This document shows positions 27,807-36,229 of a DNA stretch of 64,000 nt, piece after piece. This stretch comes from Myxococcota bacterium. Its GTDB lineage: Bacteria; Myxococcota_A; UBA9160; UBA4427. Position 1 is the first letter of the stretch. Every line of letters begins with the position of its first letter. The DNA is taken from the NCBI GenBank assembly GCA_041389495.1, contig JAWKRT010000002.1, positions 1,067,758 through 1,131,757 on the forward strand. The letters are read 5' to 3'. A program made the translations under genes and the position numbers. Under the pieces are notes generated by a model that had not been told where the DNA came from, did not search any database, and saw nothing but the letters and a program-made list of their open reading frames with translations.

Positions 27807-28913
27807 GTGGCCGGAGTGCGCGACGCCGCGCGGCGCCCGCTGCGCGTGATCCAGTGGTCCACCGGCAATGCGGGGCGCTGCGCGGTGCGCGGCATCGTGC
27901 GGCACCCCGACCTCGAGCTCGTCGGCCTCCACGCGCACGCGGCCGACAAGCAGGGGCGCGACGCCGCCGAGCTCGCCGGGCTCGACGCGCCGACCGGCGT
28001 GCGCGCGACGAACGACGTCGATGCGCTGCTCGCGCTCGACGCCGACTGCGTCTGCTACATGGCGCAGGGCGAGACGCGCGTGCGCGAGACCGTCGAGGAG
28101 CTGGCGCGCATCCTGCGCTCCGGCAAGAACGTCGTGAACACGTCGCTCGTCTCGCTCTGCTATCCGGCGTTCAGCCCGAAGATCCGCGACGAGCTCGCGC
28201 GGGCGTGCGCGGACGGCGGAACGACCTTCCTCACCTCGGGCTTCGACCCGGGCTTCTCCGGCGACTGGATCCCGCTCGCGCTCGCGTCGACGTGCGAGCG
28301 CGTCGACTCGATCCGCGTCACCGAGTGCATGGACTACTCGACGTACGAGGACCCGGGCTTCACGGGCGTCTTCTTCGGCTACGGCCGGCCGCTCGACTAC
28401 GCCGCGCCGCTGCTGCAGCCCGGCATGCTGCGCGGCGGCTGGGGCTGCATGGTGCTCCTGCTCGCGGATGCGCTCGGCGTGACGCTCGACGAGATCCGCG
28501 AGGTGCACGAGCGGTTGCCCGCGCCGGAGTCGTTCGACACGAAGATGGGCCGCATCGAGAAGGGCACCTGCGCGGGAGTGCGCTTCGAGGTGCAGGGCAT
28601 CGTCGACGGGCGGCCCGCGCTCGTCGCCGCGCACGTGAACCGGCTGCGCCAGGACATCGGCCCGCACTGGGACCGCCTCTCGGGCGACAAGCACTCGGGC
28701 TACCGCATCGAGGTGAAGGGCTCGCCGTCGCTCACGTGCGAGATCGAGCCCGTCGGCGACGACGGCGACCACAACACGGCGGGCATCCTCGGCACGGCGA
28801 TGCGCGTCGTGAACGCGATCCCGGCCGTGTGCGCGCACGCACCGGGCGTGATCTCGACGCTCGATCTGCCCGTGTTCACCGCGCGCGGGATCGGCGGACG
28901 CGCGCGTCGCTAG
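27807..28913 (+). CDS. DapB-like / 2,4-diaminopentanoate dehydrogenase-family NAD(P) oxidoreductase
   Basis: RVIQWSTGNAG Rossmann start, GKNVV, TSGFDPGF, TAMRVVNAIPAVCAHAPG C-terminus. Confidence 0.8.
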   Translation: MAGVRDAARRPLRVIQWSTGNAGRCAVRGIVRHPDLELVGLHAHAADKQGRDAAELAGLDAPTGVRATNDVDALLALDADCVCYMAQGETRVRETVEELARILRSGKNVVNTSLVSLCYPAFSPKIRDELARACADGGTTFLTSGFDPGFSGDWIPLALASTCERVDSIRVTECMDYSTYEDPGFTGVFFGYGRPLDYAAPLLQPGMLRGGWGCMVLLLADALGVTLDEIREVHERLPAPESFDTKMGRIEKGTCAGVRFEVQGIVDGRPALVAAHVNRLRQDIGPHWDRLSGDKHSGYRIEVKGSPSLTCEIEPVGDDGDHNTAGILGTAMRVVNAIPAVCAHAPGVISTLDLPVFTARGIGGRARR

Positions 28914-31021
28914 GCGAGCGCGCGCCAGGCGCGAATGCCGCGCGGCGCGCGTCCGCTCCGGGCGATCGCGGCGCCGAGCTCCGCCTCGAGCGCGAAGCGG
29001 CTCCCGAGGACGGCGTCGAGAACGTGGATGCGCCGCGCGAGGCGCGGGTGGGCGTGCTCGCGCGTGAAGCCGATGGCGCCGAAGCACTGGAGCGCGCGCT
29101 GCGCGACGGCGAGCCCCGCGCGGCCGGCGAACGCCTTGGCGATCGCGGCGAGCTGCGCGTCGTCGCCGGCCGTCCACTGCTCGATCGCCGAGCGGCACAG
29201 CTCGTCCGTGCCCGACACGTCGACGTAGGACTCCGAGAGCAGGTGCTGGACGGCCTGGAACGAGGCGAGCGGCTGGCCGAACTGCTGCCGCTCGTTCGCG
29301 TGTGCGATCGCGAGCGAGAGGAGCTCCTTCGCGGCGCCGAGCATCGCGTGTGCGGCGCCGATGCGCGCGAGCGCGAGCGCGCGCGCATCGCCGCCGGCGT
29401 CGACCTCGACGCCGCGCGCGCGCGCGCCCGCGCCGGAGACGCGCGCGACGAGCGCCGCGTCGACCGCGGCCGGCGCGTGCGGTGCACACTCGCGCGCGTC
29501 GAAGCCGCGCGCGCTTCCGGCGCCCGGCACGACGAGGTGCCGCGTGCGCGCGTCCCAGCCGAGCGCGGCCACCGCGTCGGGCGCGCCGTCGGAGGCCACG
29601 GCGAACGCGAGGTCGGCGGCGTCCGCGCCGAGCGCGTCGGCGTACGCGCTCGCGCGCACGCCCGCGAGCGCCGGGCTCGCGACGCCCGCCGCGCCCTCGC
29701 GCTCGAACCACGCGGCGAACGCCGCGGCGCCGAGGGCGTCCTGCGGTCGCGCCGCGAACGCCCACCAGTCGAGCCCGTCGAGCGCGGCGCGCGCGTCACC
29801 CGCCTTGTCGAGCGCGTCGGACACGCTCGCGCGCACCGCGGCGAGCTCGTCGTCGTTCGCGCGCGGGTCGACGAAGCCGCCGCGCGAGACGAGCAGCTTC
29901 GCGATGACGTTGAGCTGGATCGGGCGCGCGCCGCCGTACACGCTCGCCGCGCGCGAGTACTCGTACTGCTCCTGCCAGCGCGCGGCCTCGTCGATCTCGC
30001 CGAGGTCGAGCCCGGGTGACAGCACCTCGCGCGCGACGTCGTAGAAGCGCTGCTCGGCGTCGATCACGGCGACCTTCGAGACGGAGGCCTCGGGGCCCGG
30101 CTGCTCGCCGCGCGCGAGCGTCTCCATCACGGCGCGCGAACGGCACCGGAGTGCGACGAGCCGCGCGAGCGCGTCGCCGAGGTCGGCCTCGCGTCCGCGC
30201 GCGCCGGGGCGCGCGGCGAGCGCCTCGAGCCGCGGCAGGATCTCGCAGCTGCGGATCCACGCATAGCTTCCGCGCTCGCCCGCGAGGATGTGCATGGCGA
30301 CCGCCCAGCCCTCGCCCTCGGCGCCGATCCGCTGCTCGGCGCCGACGCGCACGCCGTCGAAGAACACCTCCGCGAGCTCGGGGCTTCCGTTCGGGTGCTC
30401 GATCGGGCGCACGTCGATGCCGGGCTCGTCGAGCGGGATCGCGAAGGCAGAGAGCCCGCGGTGGCGGTCCTCGGGCGCGCCCGTGCGCGCGAGCAGCAGC
30501 ACGTGGCTCGCCCACTTCGCCCAGCTCGTCCAGATCTTGTGGCCGTCGACGACGTAGTCGCCGCGCGCGTCGCGCGCGGCGCGCGTGCGCAGCGCGGCGA
30601 GGTCGGAGCCGGCGGTCGGCTCGGAGAAGCCCTGGCACCAGAGCAGGTCGCCGCGCAGCGTCGGTGCGGCCAGACGCTCGCGCAGCGCGGGGCTCGCGAA
30701 GCGCTCGAAGGCGGGAATCAGGACCTCGAGGTGCTCGAAGACGAAGCGCGGCGGGTAGCCGGCCTCCTCGAGCAGGTCGATCACGACGGCGCGGTGGAGG
30801 ATGTCGCCGCCGAGGCCGCCGCAGGCGGGCGACCAGCCGCAGCGCGCCCAGCCCGCGTCGAAGAGCTCGCGCTGCAGGGCGCGCGCCTGCGCGACGCGCG
30901 CGTCGACGTCCTCGAGGACGCGGCGATGGCGGGCGTGGGCGGAGGCGCGTTCGTCGAGCCAGGCGCGGAACGCGCTCGCGAAGGCGTCGAGGGGGAGGGC
31001 GGCGGTCGCGGCGTCGGCCAT
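28910..31021 (-). CDS. Fused two-module acyl-CoA dehydrogenase
   Basis: Module 1 has WCQGFSEPTAGSDLA, GHKIWTS, FAEVFFD-like and VYGG motifs. Module 2 has RQQFGQPLASFQAVQH and LQCFGAIGFT. Shares a CTAG with the convergent gene. Confidence 0.88.
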   Translation of the reverse strand: MADAATAALPLDAFASAFRAWLDERASAHARHRRVLEDVDARVAQARALQRELFDAGWARCGWSPACGGLGGDILHRAVVIDLLEEAGYPPRFVFEHLEVLIPAFERFASPALRERLAAPTLRGDLLWCQGFSEPTAGSDLAALRTRAARDARGDYVVDGHKIWTSWAKWASHVLLLARTGAPEDRHRGLSAFAIPLDEPGIDVRPIEHPNGSPELAEVFFDGVRVGAEQRIGAEGEGWAVAMHILAGERGSYAWIRSCEILPRLEALAARPGARGREADLGDALARLVALRCRSRAVMETLARGEQPGPEASVSKVAVIDAEQRFYDVAREVLSPGLDLGEIDEAARWQEQYEYSRAASVYGGARPIQLNVIAKLLVSRGGFVDPRANDDELAAVRASVSDALDKAGDARAALDGLDWWAFAARPQDALGAAAFAAWFEREGAAGVASPALAGVRASAYADALGADAADLAFAVASDGAPDAVAALGWDARTRHLVVPGAGSARGFDARECAPHAPAAVDAALVARVSGAGARARGVEVDAGGDARALALARIGAAHAMLGAAKELLSLAIAHANERQQFGQPLASFQAVQHLLSESYVDVSGTDELCRSAIEQWTAGDDAQLAAIAKAFAGRAGLAVAQRALQCFGAIGFTREHAHPRLARRIHVLDAVLGSRFALEAELGAAIARSGRAPRGIRAWRALA

Positions 31022-31184
31022 CGCCGCGAGCCTACACCGACGCCGGTCGCGTCCGGGGCGCGAAGCGCGGCGGTCGGGGAGCGCGCTCCGCGCGCGCGGA
31101 GAGGCGCGGGCCCCGAACGACGAAGCGCCGGGAGACGCTGCCGTCTCCCGGCGCTCGTGCGAGCCGCGCGGTGCGCGATCGGTG

Positions 31185-31703
31185 CTAGTCGACGTCCTCG
31201 ACCTGCGCCTCGATGCGCTCGATCTCCTTGAGCTCGTCGTCCGTGATGGGCAGGTAGAGGGTCGTGATCGAGAGCGGATCGTTCTTCCCCATGCCGGGGC
31301 GGATCACGACGGGAACCTCGGTCTTCTCGGCGATCAGCTTCTGGAGCTGACCGGGCAGCCAGTTCGGGTCCTCGAGGTCGTTCAGCATGCGGCCCTCGAA
31401 GTTCGACCGCACCTGCGTGACGCTCAGGCGCCCGCCCGTCTCCTTCACCGAGAAGATCTTCTCCTTCTTGAACTTGCCCGAGCACTGCTTGGGGAGCTTC
31501 GACTGCTGGTTGCCGCCGCCGCTGTCCGGCCGCGGGAAGAACTTGCGCTCGTTGCCCTTCACGAAGTCGACCTCGACCTCGTGCTTCGCCGCGTCGTACG
31601 ACTTGAAGACGGCGAAGAGGGCGCAGCTGCTGCTCGCAGCGAAGGCGCTCGACGGTCCGAAGACGAGGGCTGCGATCGCGAGAAGCGTGAGTCGATGGAA
31701 CAT
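31185..31703 (-). CDS. Hypothetical secreted Lys-rich protein (172 aa)
   Basis: ATG 31703 with RBS gaggag. Clear signal peptide (MFHRLTLLAIAALVFGPSSAFA), two Cys, normal globular composition. Confidence 0.8.
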   Translation of the reverse strand: MFHRLTLLAIAALVFGPSSAFAASSSCALFAVFKSYDAAKHEVEVDFVKGNERKFFPRPDSGGGNQQSKLPKQCSGKFKKEKIFSVKETGGRLSVTQVRSNFEGRMLNDLEDPNWLPGQLQKLIAEKTEVPVVIRPGMGKNDPLSITTLYLPITDDELKEIERIEAQVEDVD

Positions 31704-31860
31704 CCCTGGGTTCTCCTCGTTCCTGGTCGTGAGTCGATCCGCGCGACGTCGGCGACTCGGGTTCCGCGGATGGCCCCGTTCCCGGTCCTCGACCCGGGGC
31801 TCGATCTTCGGGGTGGGTGCCCGCCGGAGCGGTGCGGAGCCCACCCTGGATCCGCGCGGC

Positions 31861-31959
31861 CGGAGCGACGGGTTTAGCGCGGAGGGCATTCGAACGAAAG
31901 CCGACCTCCGCCCACATTCCCGCGGCGCGAAGGCCCGTCCGACGGCGCCCGTCGCTCCG
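31861..31959. other. Intergenic multi-stem inverted-repeat structure (candidate ncRNA or cis element)
   Basis: Perfect 12-bp IR (31861-31872 / 31948-31959) enclosing a 7-bp stem (31879-31885 / 31905-31911) and an AT-rich TTCGAACGAA loop. Confidence 0.4.
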
Positions 31960-31990
31960 CTGACGCGCGGTCAGATGCGCTCGCGCGCCG

Positions 31991-32587
31991 TCAGAGCGGC
32001 GTCCCGTTCGCGCCGAGGTAGTGCGTGGACAGATGGGGCAGGTCGTCCACCGGTCGGTTGATCTCGTAGATCCGCCGGTAGCTCGTGTCCTTGATGGTCC
32101 AGCGGCCTCCCACCTTGAGATAGCGGTCCCAGTAGAGCGCCGTGCCGGTGGTGAAGAACTTGTGGTTGAGCATCCACATGTTGTCGGACAGGTACCAGAT
32201 GCCCGTCGCCTCGGTGTCGCTCAGGATCTGGATCTCGGGCTGGTGCCCGTTGTGGTGGCCGATCGCCTCGCGGTGGAACGACTGCTTCACGGAGGCGACG
32301 TACGCGTCGCGTCCCTGCAGCTTCCACTCGTAGGTTCCGCCGGTGAAGTGGACCGCGACGTCCTCGTGGAAGAGCGTCGCGAGCTCCTCGAAGTTCGCGG
32401 TGTCGATGCACCGGAAGTAGGCGTGCTTGAGCTGCTTGATCGCCTCGATGTCCATCAGTCGCTGGACGTCGCGGCGCAGCTCCTCGATGCCGCCGCTCGA
32501 CGCCTCGAGCGGGAGTCCGGGCGCGATGCCCATGGCGCGCTTCGTGAGCGCGCCCTCCACGGTGTTCGGGAGCGGGTTCCTCGTCAT
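31991..32587 (-). CDS. SnoaL_4/NTF2-like protein (BaiE/scytalone-dehydratase-like)
   Basis: Start ATG 32587. DIEAIKQLKHAYFRCID, HHNGHQPEI, ATGIWYL, YWDRY...GGRWTI. Confidence 0.85.
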   Translation of the reverse strand: MTRNPLPNTVEGALTKRAMGIAPGLPLEASSGGIEELRRDVQRLMDIEAIKQLKHAYFRCIDTANFEELATLFHEDVAVHFTGGTYEWKLQGRDAYVASVKQSFHREAIGHHNGHQPEIQILSDTEATGIWYLSDNMWMLNHKFFTTGTALYWDRYLKVGGRWTIKDTSYRRIYEINRPVDDLPHLSTHYLGANGTPL

Positions 32588-32643
32588 GGCGGTCGTCGTC
32601 GCCTCCTCTGCGGGGCCGGTCCGGCCGCGCGCTTCTACCACAC

Positions 32644-32720
32644 GGGCGGGGCGACCCGGTAGGTCGCGCCGCCCGGGCGCGGCCGCGGGCCGCGACCACG
32701 GGCCGCGACCACGGGCCGCG
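32644..32720. repeat. Intergenic hairpin (12/13-bp stem) followed by ~2.6 copies of a 13-bp tandem repeat
   Basis: gggcggggcgacc-cggta-ggtcgcgccgccc (32644-32674). gggccgcgaccac at 32687 and 32700, with a partial copy at 32713. Confidence 0.7.
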
Positions 32721-32777
32721 GTGTACCCTCGGCGGGCGCGCGCGACTCCGGGACGCGGCGCGCGGAGCGAGGGCGGG

Positions 32778-34214
32778 ATGGCGTTCGGCACGGCGGCTGC
32801 GCGGCCCGGAGAGCCGCCTCGGATCGCGTTCGCCCACGCGCTCGTCGCCGCACTCCTCGGGGCGATCGCCGCCGCGCCGCCGTCGTCCGCCGCGACCCTC
32901 GCCTTTCCCGTCGGCGCGACGCTCGAGCAGGATCTCTTCATCGGGAGCTTCGTCGACCTCGACCCCGACGCGAACGAGCTGCTCACCTTCGCGTGCAACG
33001 ACTGGACGCGCGACGGCCACCGCGGCCTCGACTTCGAGCTGCGCACCTTCGACGAGCAGGCGATCGGCGTTCCGGTCTTCGCGGCGGCGGACGGCGTCGT
33101 GACGTTCGTCGAGCAGTCCGATCCGAACGATGCGAACACGAGCGGCTCGGCGAGCCCCGGCAACCGCGTCTACGTCGACCACGGCGACGGCGTCGAGACC
33201 CAGTACTGGCACCTGCGCCACGCGAGCGTGCCGGTGACGGTCGGCCAGGCGGTGGCGGCGGGCGAACCGCTCGGCCTCGTCGGGTCGTCGGGCCAGAGCT
33301 TCGGCCCGCACCTGCACTTCGAGGTGCTCGAGAACGGACAGGTCGTCGAGCCCTACGCGGGCGCGTGCAACCCCGGCCCGTCGCGCTTCACCGTGCAGCC
33401 GGCGCTCGAGCTCGCCGTGTACCTGAACGACTTCGGCGTGACGGACGACGACCTCACGAACCCTGCGGCGCCGTTCTTCCCGTTCGGCCCGCCGCGCGAC
33501 GCGCAGCTCCCGGTCGGCGTGCCATTCTACTTTTGGATGCGCGGAGGGAACCTGGCGGCCGGCGCCACGGCGCACGTCGTCGTGCGCCAGCCCGACGCTT
33601 CCGTCTGGGTCGACGACACCTTCGCGCTCGGATCGGGCGCGTTCGAGCGCCGCTTCCAGCGCTGGATCGGCGGCTACTTCCTCGGCTTCGCGACGGGGAC
33701 CTGGACGATCGAGCTGTCGCTCGACGGCGCTCCCGTCGTCGCTGCGCCGTTCGAGGTCGTCGACACCGTCGACCCGCTCTTCAACCGGCCGCCCGAGCCG
33801 ATCTCCGCGGCGCTCTCGCCCTCGCCGCTCACGACGACGGCGCCGCTCCGCTGCGCGGTCGTCGGCGACGCGCTGCTCGACGACCTCGACTGGGACGTCG
33901 TGCGCTACCGCTATGTGTGGCGCGTCGACGGCGCCGTCGAGCGCGACGTCGTGTCGGCGGGGCGCAGCGACGTGCTCGCGCGGGGCGTCGCGGGGGCCGG
34001 CCAGATCGTGCGCTGCGACGTCACGCCGAACGACGGCAAGGTCGACGGCGCGACGGCGAGCGCCGAGGCGAGGGTCGCCGCCGCCGTGCCGGCCGTCGGG
34101 AGCGGGCTCGGCGCGCTCGCGGGCGCCGCGCTCGCGGGTCTCGGCGCGATGCGCGCGCGGCGCGCCGTGCACCCGAAGCGGGGAGGGGGAGCGGGTGGCC
34201 GTCCGGGAGCGTGA
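32778..34214 (+). CDS. Secreted M23-family metallopeptidase with C-terminal TM/basic sorting-like tail
   Basis: HRGLD (HxxxD), YWHL, GPHLHF (HxH). C-terminus VPAVGSGLGALAGAALAGLGAMRARR. Confidence 0.85.
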   Translation: MAFGTAAARPGEPPRIAFAHALVAALLGAIAAAPPSSAATLAFPVGATLEQDLFIGSFVDLDPDANELLTFACNDWTRDGHRGLDFELRTFDEQAIGVPVFAAADGVVTFVEQSDPNDANTSGSASPGNRVYVDHGDGVETQYWHLRHASVPVTVGQAVAAGEPLGLVGSSGQSFGPHLHFEVLENGQVVEPYAGACNPGPSRFTVQPALELAVYLNDFGVTDDDLTNPAAPFFPFGPPRDAQLPVGVPFYFWMRGGNLAAGATAHVVVRQPDASVWVDDTFALGSGAFERRFQRWIGGYFLGFATGTWTIELSLDGAPVVAAPFEVVDTVDPLFNRPPEPISAALSPSPLTTTAPLRCAVVGDALLDDLDWDVVRYRYVWRVDGAVERDVVSAGRSDVLARGVAGAGQIVRCDVTPNDGKVDGATASAEARVAAAVPAVGSGLGALAGAALAGLGAMRARRAVHPKRGGGAGGRPGA

Positions 34215-35343
34215 GCGCGAGCGGCCGATTCCGACGCGCATCGAGCCGAGCGCCGCGCTCTCGCCGCTCTCGCCGGCGCGCGTGGCGCGGGCCTTCCGCG
34301 CGCTGCTCGACGACGGCGCGCGGCTGCGCGTTTCGGGCGCGGCGCGCCGTCGCCCGCTCGACCTGCTCGCGCGCGGCTACGTGCCGCGCTTCGCGTTCGA
34401 GCTCTTCGACACGCGCGTCTTCGTCACCGACGCCCTGCAGAACCCCGACATCCGCTTCTTCGTCGCCTACGTCGTGCAGCCGCGGCGCCGCGGCCGCGGG
34501 CTCGACGCGTTCGCGCGCATCTTCTACAAGGATCTGTCGCTCGTCTGGCGCTCGTCCTCGCACTTCTCGCGCGAGGACGGCGCGCTCTGGGTGGGAAAGG
34601 GCGACGTCCTCTCCTACGTCGAGGACGGCCGAGAGATGGTCACGTCGATCGAGTCGACGACCGACCTGCCGTTCGAGATGCAGGCCGCGCTCGAGGACGC
34701 GCTGCGCCGGACGAAGCGCGTGCGCAACGACGAGCGCGCGCTCGACCTCGTGTTGCACCGCGCTCCGTCGTGGCGCATCGAGCCCTACGCCGACTTCACC
34801 GAGCCGCGCGCGCGCGCGGCCGCCGACCCGCGCAACCTCGTGAACGGCGGGCGGGCGATCGCGCGCTTCCGCAGGCCGGGCGACCCCGGCTCGCTCGTGT
34901 TCGCGAAGGGCTACGAGCCCGACTTCCGCGGCGGCGCGCTCGAGACGCTGCTCACGAAGAGCTCGCTCTACGGCGGCCCGCTCGGGCGCCATCGCATCCT
35001 CTCGCGCAACCGGCGCATCCAGTACACGTTCATCGCCGCACCGCGGCACGTGTGGCTCCTGCCGCCGCAGGCGCTCACGACCGAGCTCTCGAGCTACGGC
35101 GTGCGCACGATCGACGTCGTCGCGGACGACGATTTGTTCGTGCCCGGCTACGAGTACCACTTCGTCGACGACACGCAGGACCCGCCCGCGCTCTACAGCC
35201 AGATCCCGGACGGCTATGCGGGCGCGCAGAGCCCGCACGACGACGCGAAGGCGGACGCCTCGCCGTGGCTCGACGCGCTGCCGGTCGTGCAGGAGTTCCG
35301 TCGCGTGGTGCTGGGGCGCTCGCGTCGCACCGCGCGCTGCTAG
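34195..35343 (+). CDS. Hypothetical protein (~382 aa)
   Basis: GTG 34195 with RBS ggagg, overlapping the M23 stop. Complex, aromatic-rich sequence with genome-typical codon use and no recognised family. Confidence 0.75.
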   Translation: MAVRERERERPIPTRIEPSAALSPLSPARVARAFRALLDDGARLRVSGAARRRPLDLLARGYVPRFAFELFDTRVFVTDALQNPDIRFFVAYVVQPRRRGRGLDAFARIFYKDLSLVWRSSSHFSREDGALWVGKGDVLSYVEDGREMVTSIESTTDLPFEMQAALEDALRRTKRVRNDERALDLVLHRAPSWRIEPYADFTEPRARAAADPRNLVNGGRAIARFRRPGDPGSLVFAKGYEPDFRGGALETLLTKSSLYGGPLGRHRILSRNRRIQYTFIAAPRHVWLLPPQALTTELSSYGVRTIDVVADDDLFVPGYEYHFVDDTQDPPALYSQIPDGYAGAQSPHDDAKADASPWLDALPVVQEFRRVVLGRSRRTARC

Positions 35344-35395
35344 CGCACACCTCGAGCGCGCCTTCGGTCGTCGGCCCGCACCGCCGGGACGGGGG

Positions 35396-36160
35396 CTAGG
35401 CGCGTCGCGGGCCGCCGTTGCGGCCCGGCCAGCGCGAGCCGCCGATCGTGTCGACGAAGGGCCAGAAGCCGTCGGGGTCGAGCGCGCCCTCGAGCGTGAT
35501 CTCGCGCGCCTCGAAGAGCGGCCAGTCGAGCCGCGCGGACTCGATGCCGCGGTTCGGGAGCAGCGACGCGATCGGGTCCCACGGGCTCTCGCGCAGCGTC
35601 AGCGTGCCCTCGACCGTCTCGCGGTGCCGCGTCGCGAACGCGCTGCGAACGCGCACGACGTGCGGCGGGAAGTCGTAGCTCTTCTCGGCCCCGCCGACGG
35701 CGCGCGAGACCTTGATCCACCACTCGTTCTCCTCGTACTTCGGGAGCTCGGCCTCGACGCCGGTCGTGCGCCCCTCGAACTCGAGGAACGTGTATCCCTG
35801 GTGCGAGCAGCGCGCGACGACGCGCTCGCCGACGCGGTAGTAGGTCGTCTCGCACGGGTACTTCGGCTGGCCGTTCGTATCGCGGCTGATGAAGATGGCC
35901 GACTCCTGGTCGATGCCGTAGCCGAGCGTGTAGAGGCCGGGCGTGCCGCGGTAGTCGGCGTCGACGGTGACGACGACGCCGTACTCCGGCTCGTCCGGCA
36001 CCGGGAAGTTGTAGATGTGGACGTGCACGAGCGGCTGCGCGCCGGGCTCGATGCCCGGCGGGAGCAGGTCGGCGATGCGCTCCGCGTCCGTGCGGTAGAC
36101 GACCTTCAGGATCGGCCAGTGGAAGATGTCGCCGGGGTTCGTCGTGGGAGCGGTGCTCAT
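35396..36160 (-). CDS. Acetoacetate decarboxylase-family protein
   Basis: YRTDAERIADLLPPG, DTNGQPK (Schiff-base Lys position), GTLTLRESPWDPIASL. Confidence 0.82.
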   Translation of the reverse strand: MSTAPTTNPGDIFHWPILKVVYRTDAERIADLLPPGIEPGAQPLVHVHIYNFPVPDEPEYGVVVTVDADYRGTPGLYTLGYGIDQESAIFISRDTNGQPKYPCETTYYRVGERVVARCSHQGYTFLEFEGRTTGVEAELPKYEENEWWIKVSRAVGGAEKSYDFPPHVVRVRSAFATRHRETVEGTLTLRESPWDPIASLLPNRGIESARLDWPLFEAREITLEGALDPDGFWPFVDTIGGSRWPGRNGGPRRA

Positions 36161-36229
36161 CGCGGGTCTCCTGGCGCGTCGCTGCGCGCGTCCGGTCCGG
36201 AACGGGGCTCGGCCGAGGCCGGCCGTACG

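Noticed and set aside
31873-31892. Minus-strand GCCCTCCGCGCTAAACC resembling part of the c-di-GMP-I (GEMM) riboswitch
   Set aside because: It lacks the GGCAAACC and GACGCAAAGC elements, and its pairing partner lies upstream rather than downstream.
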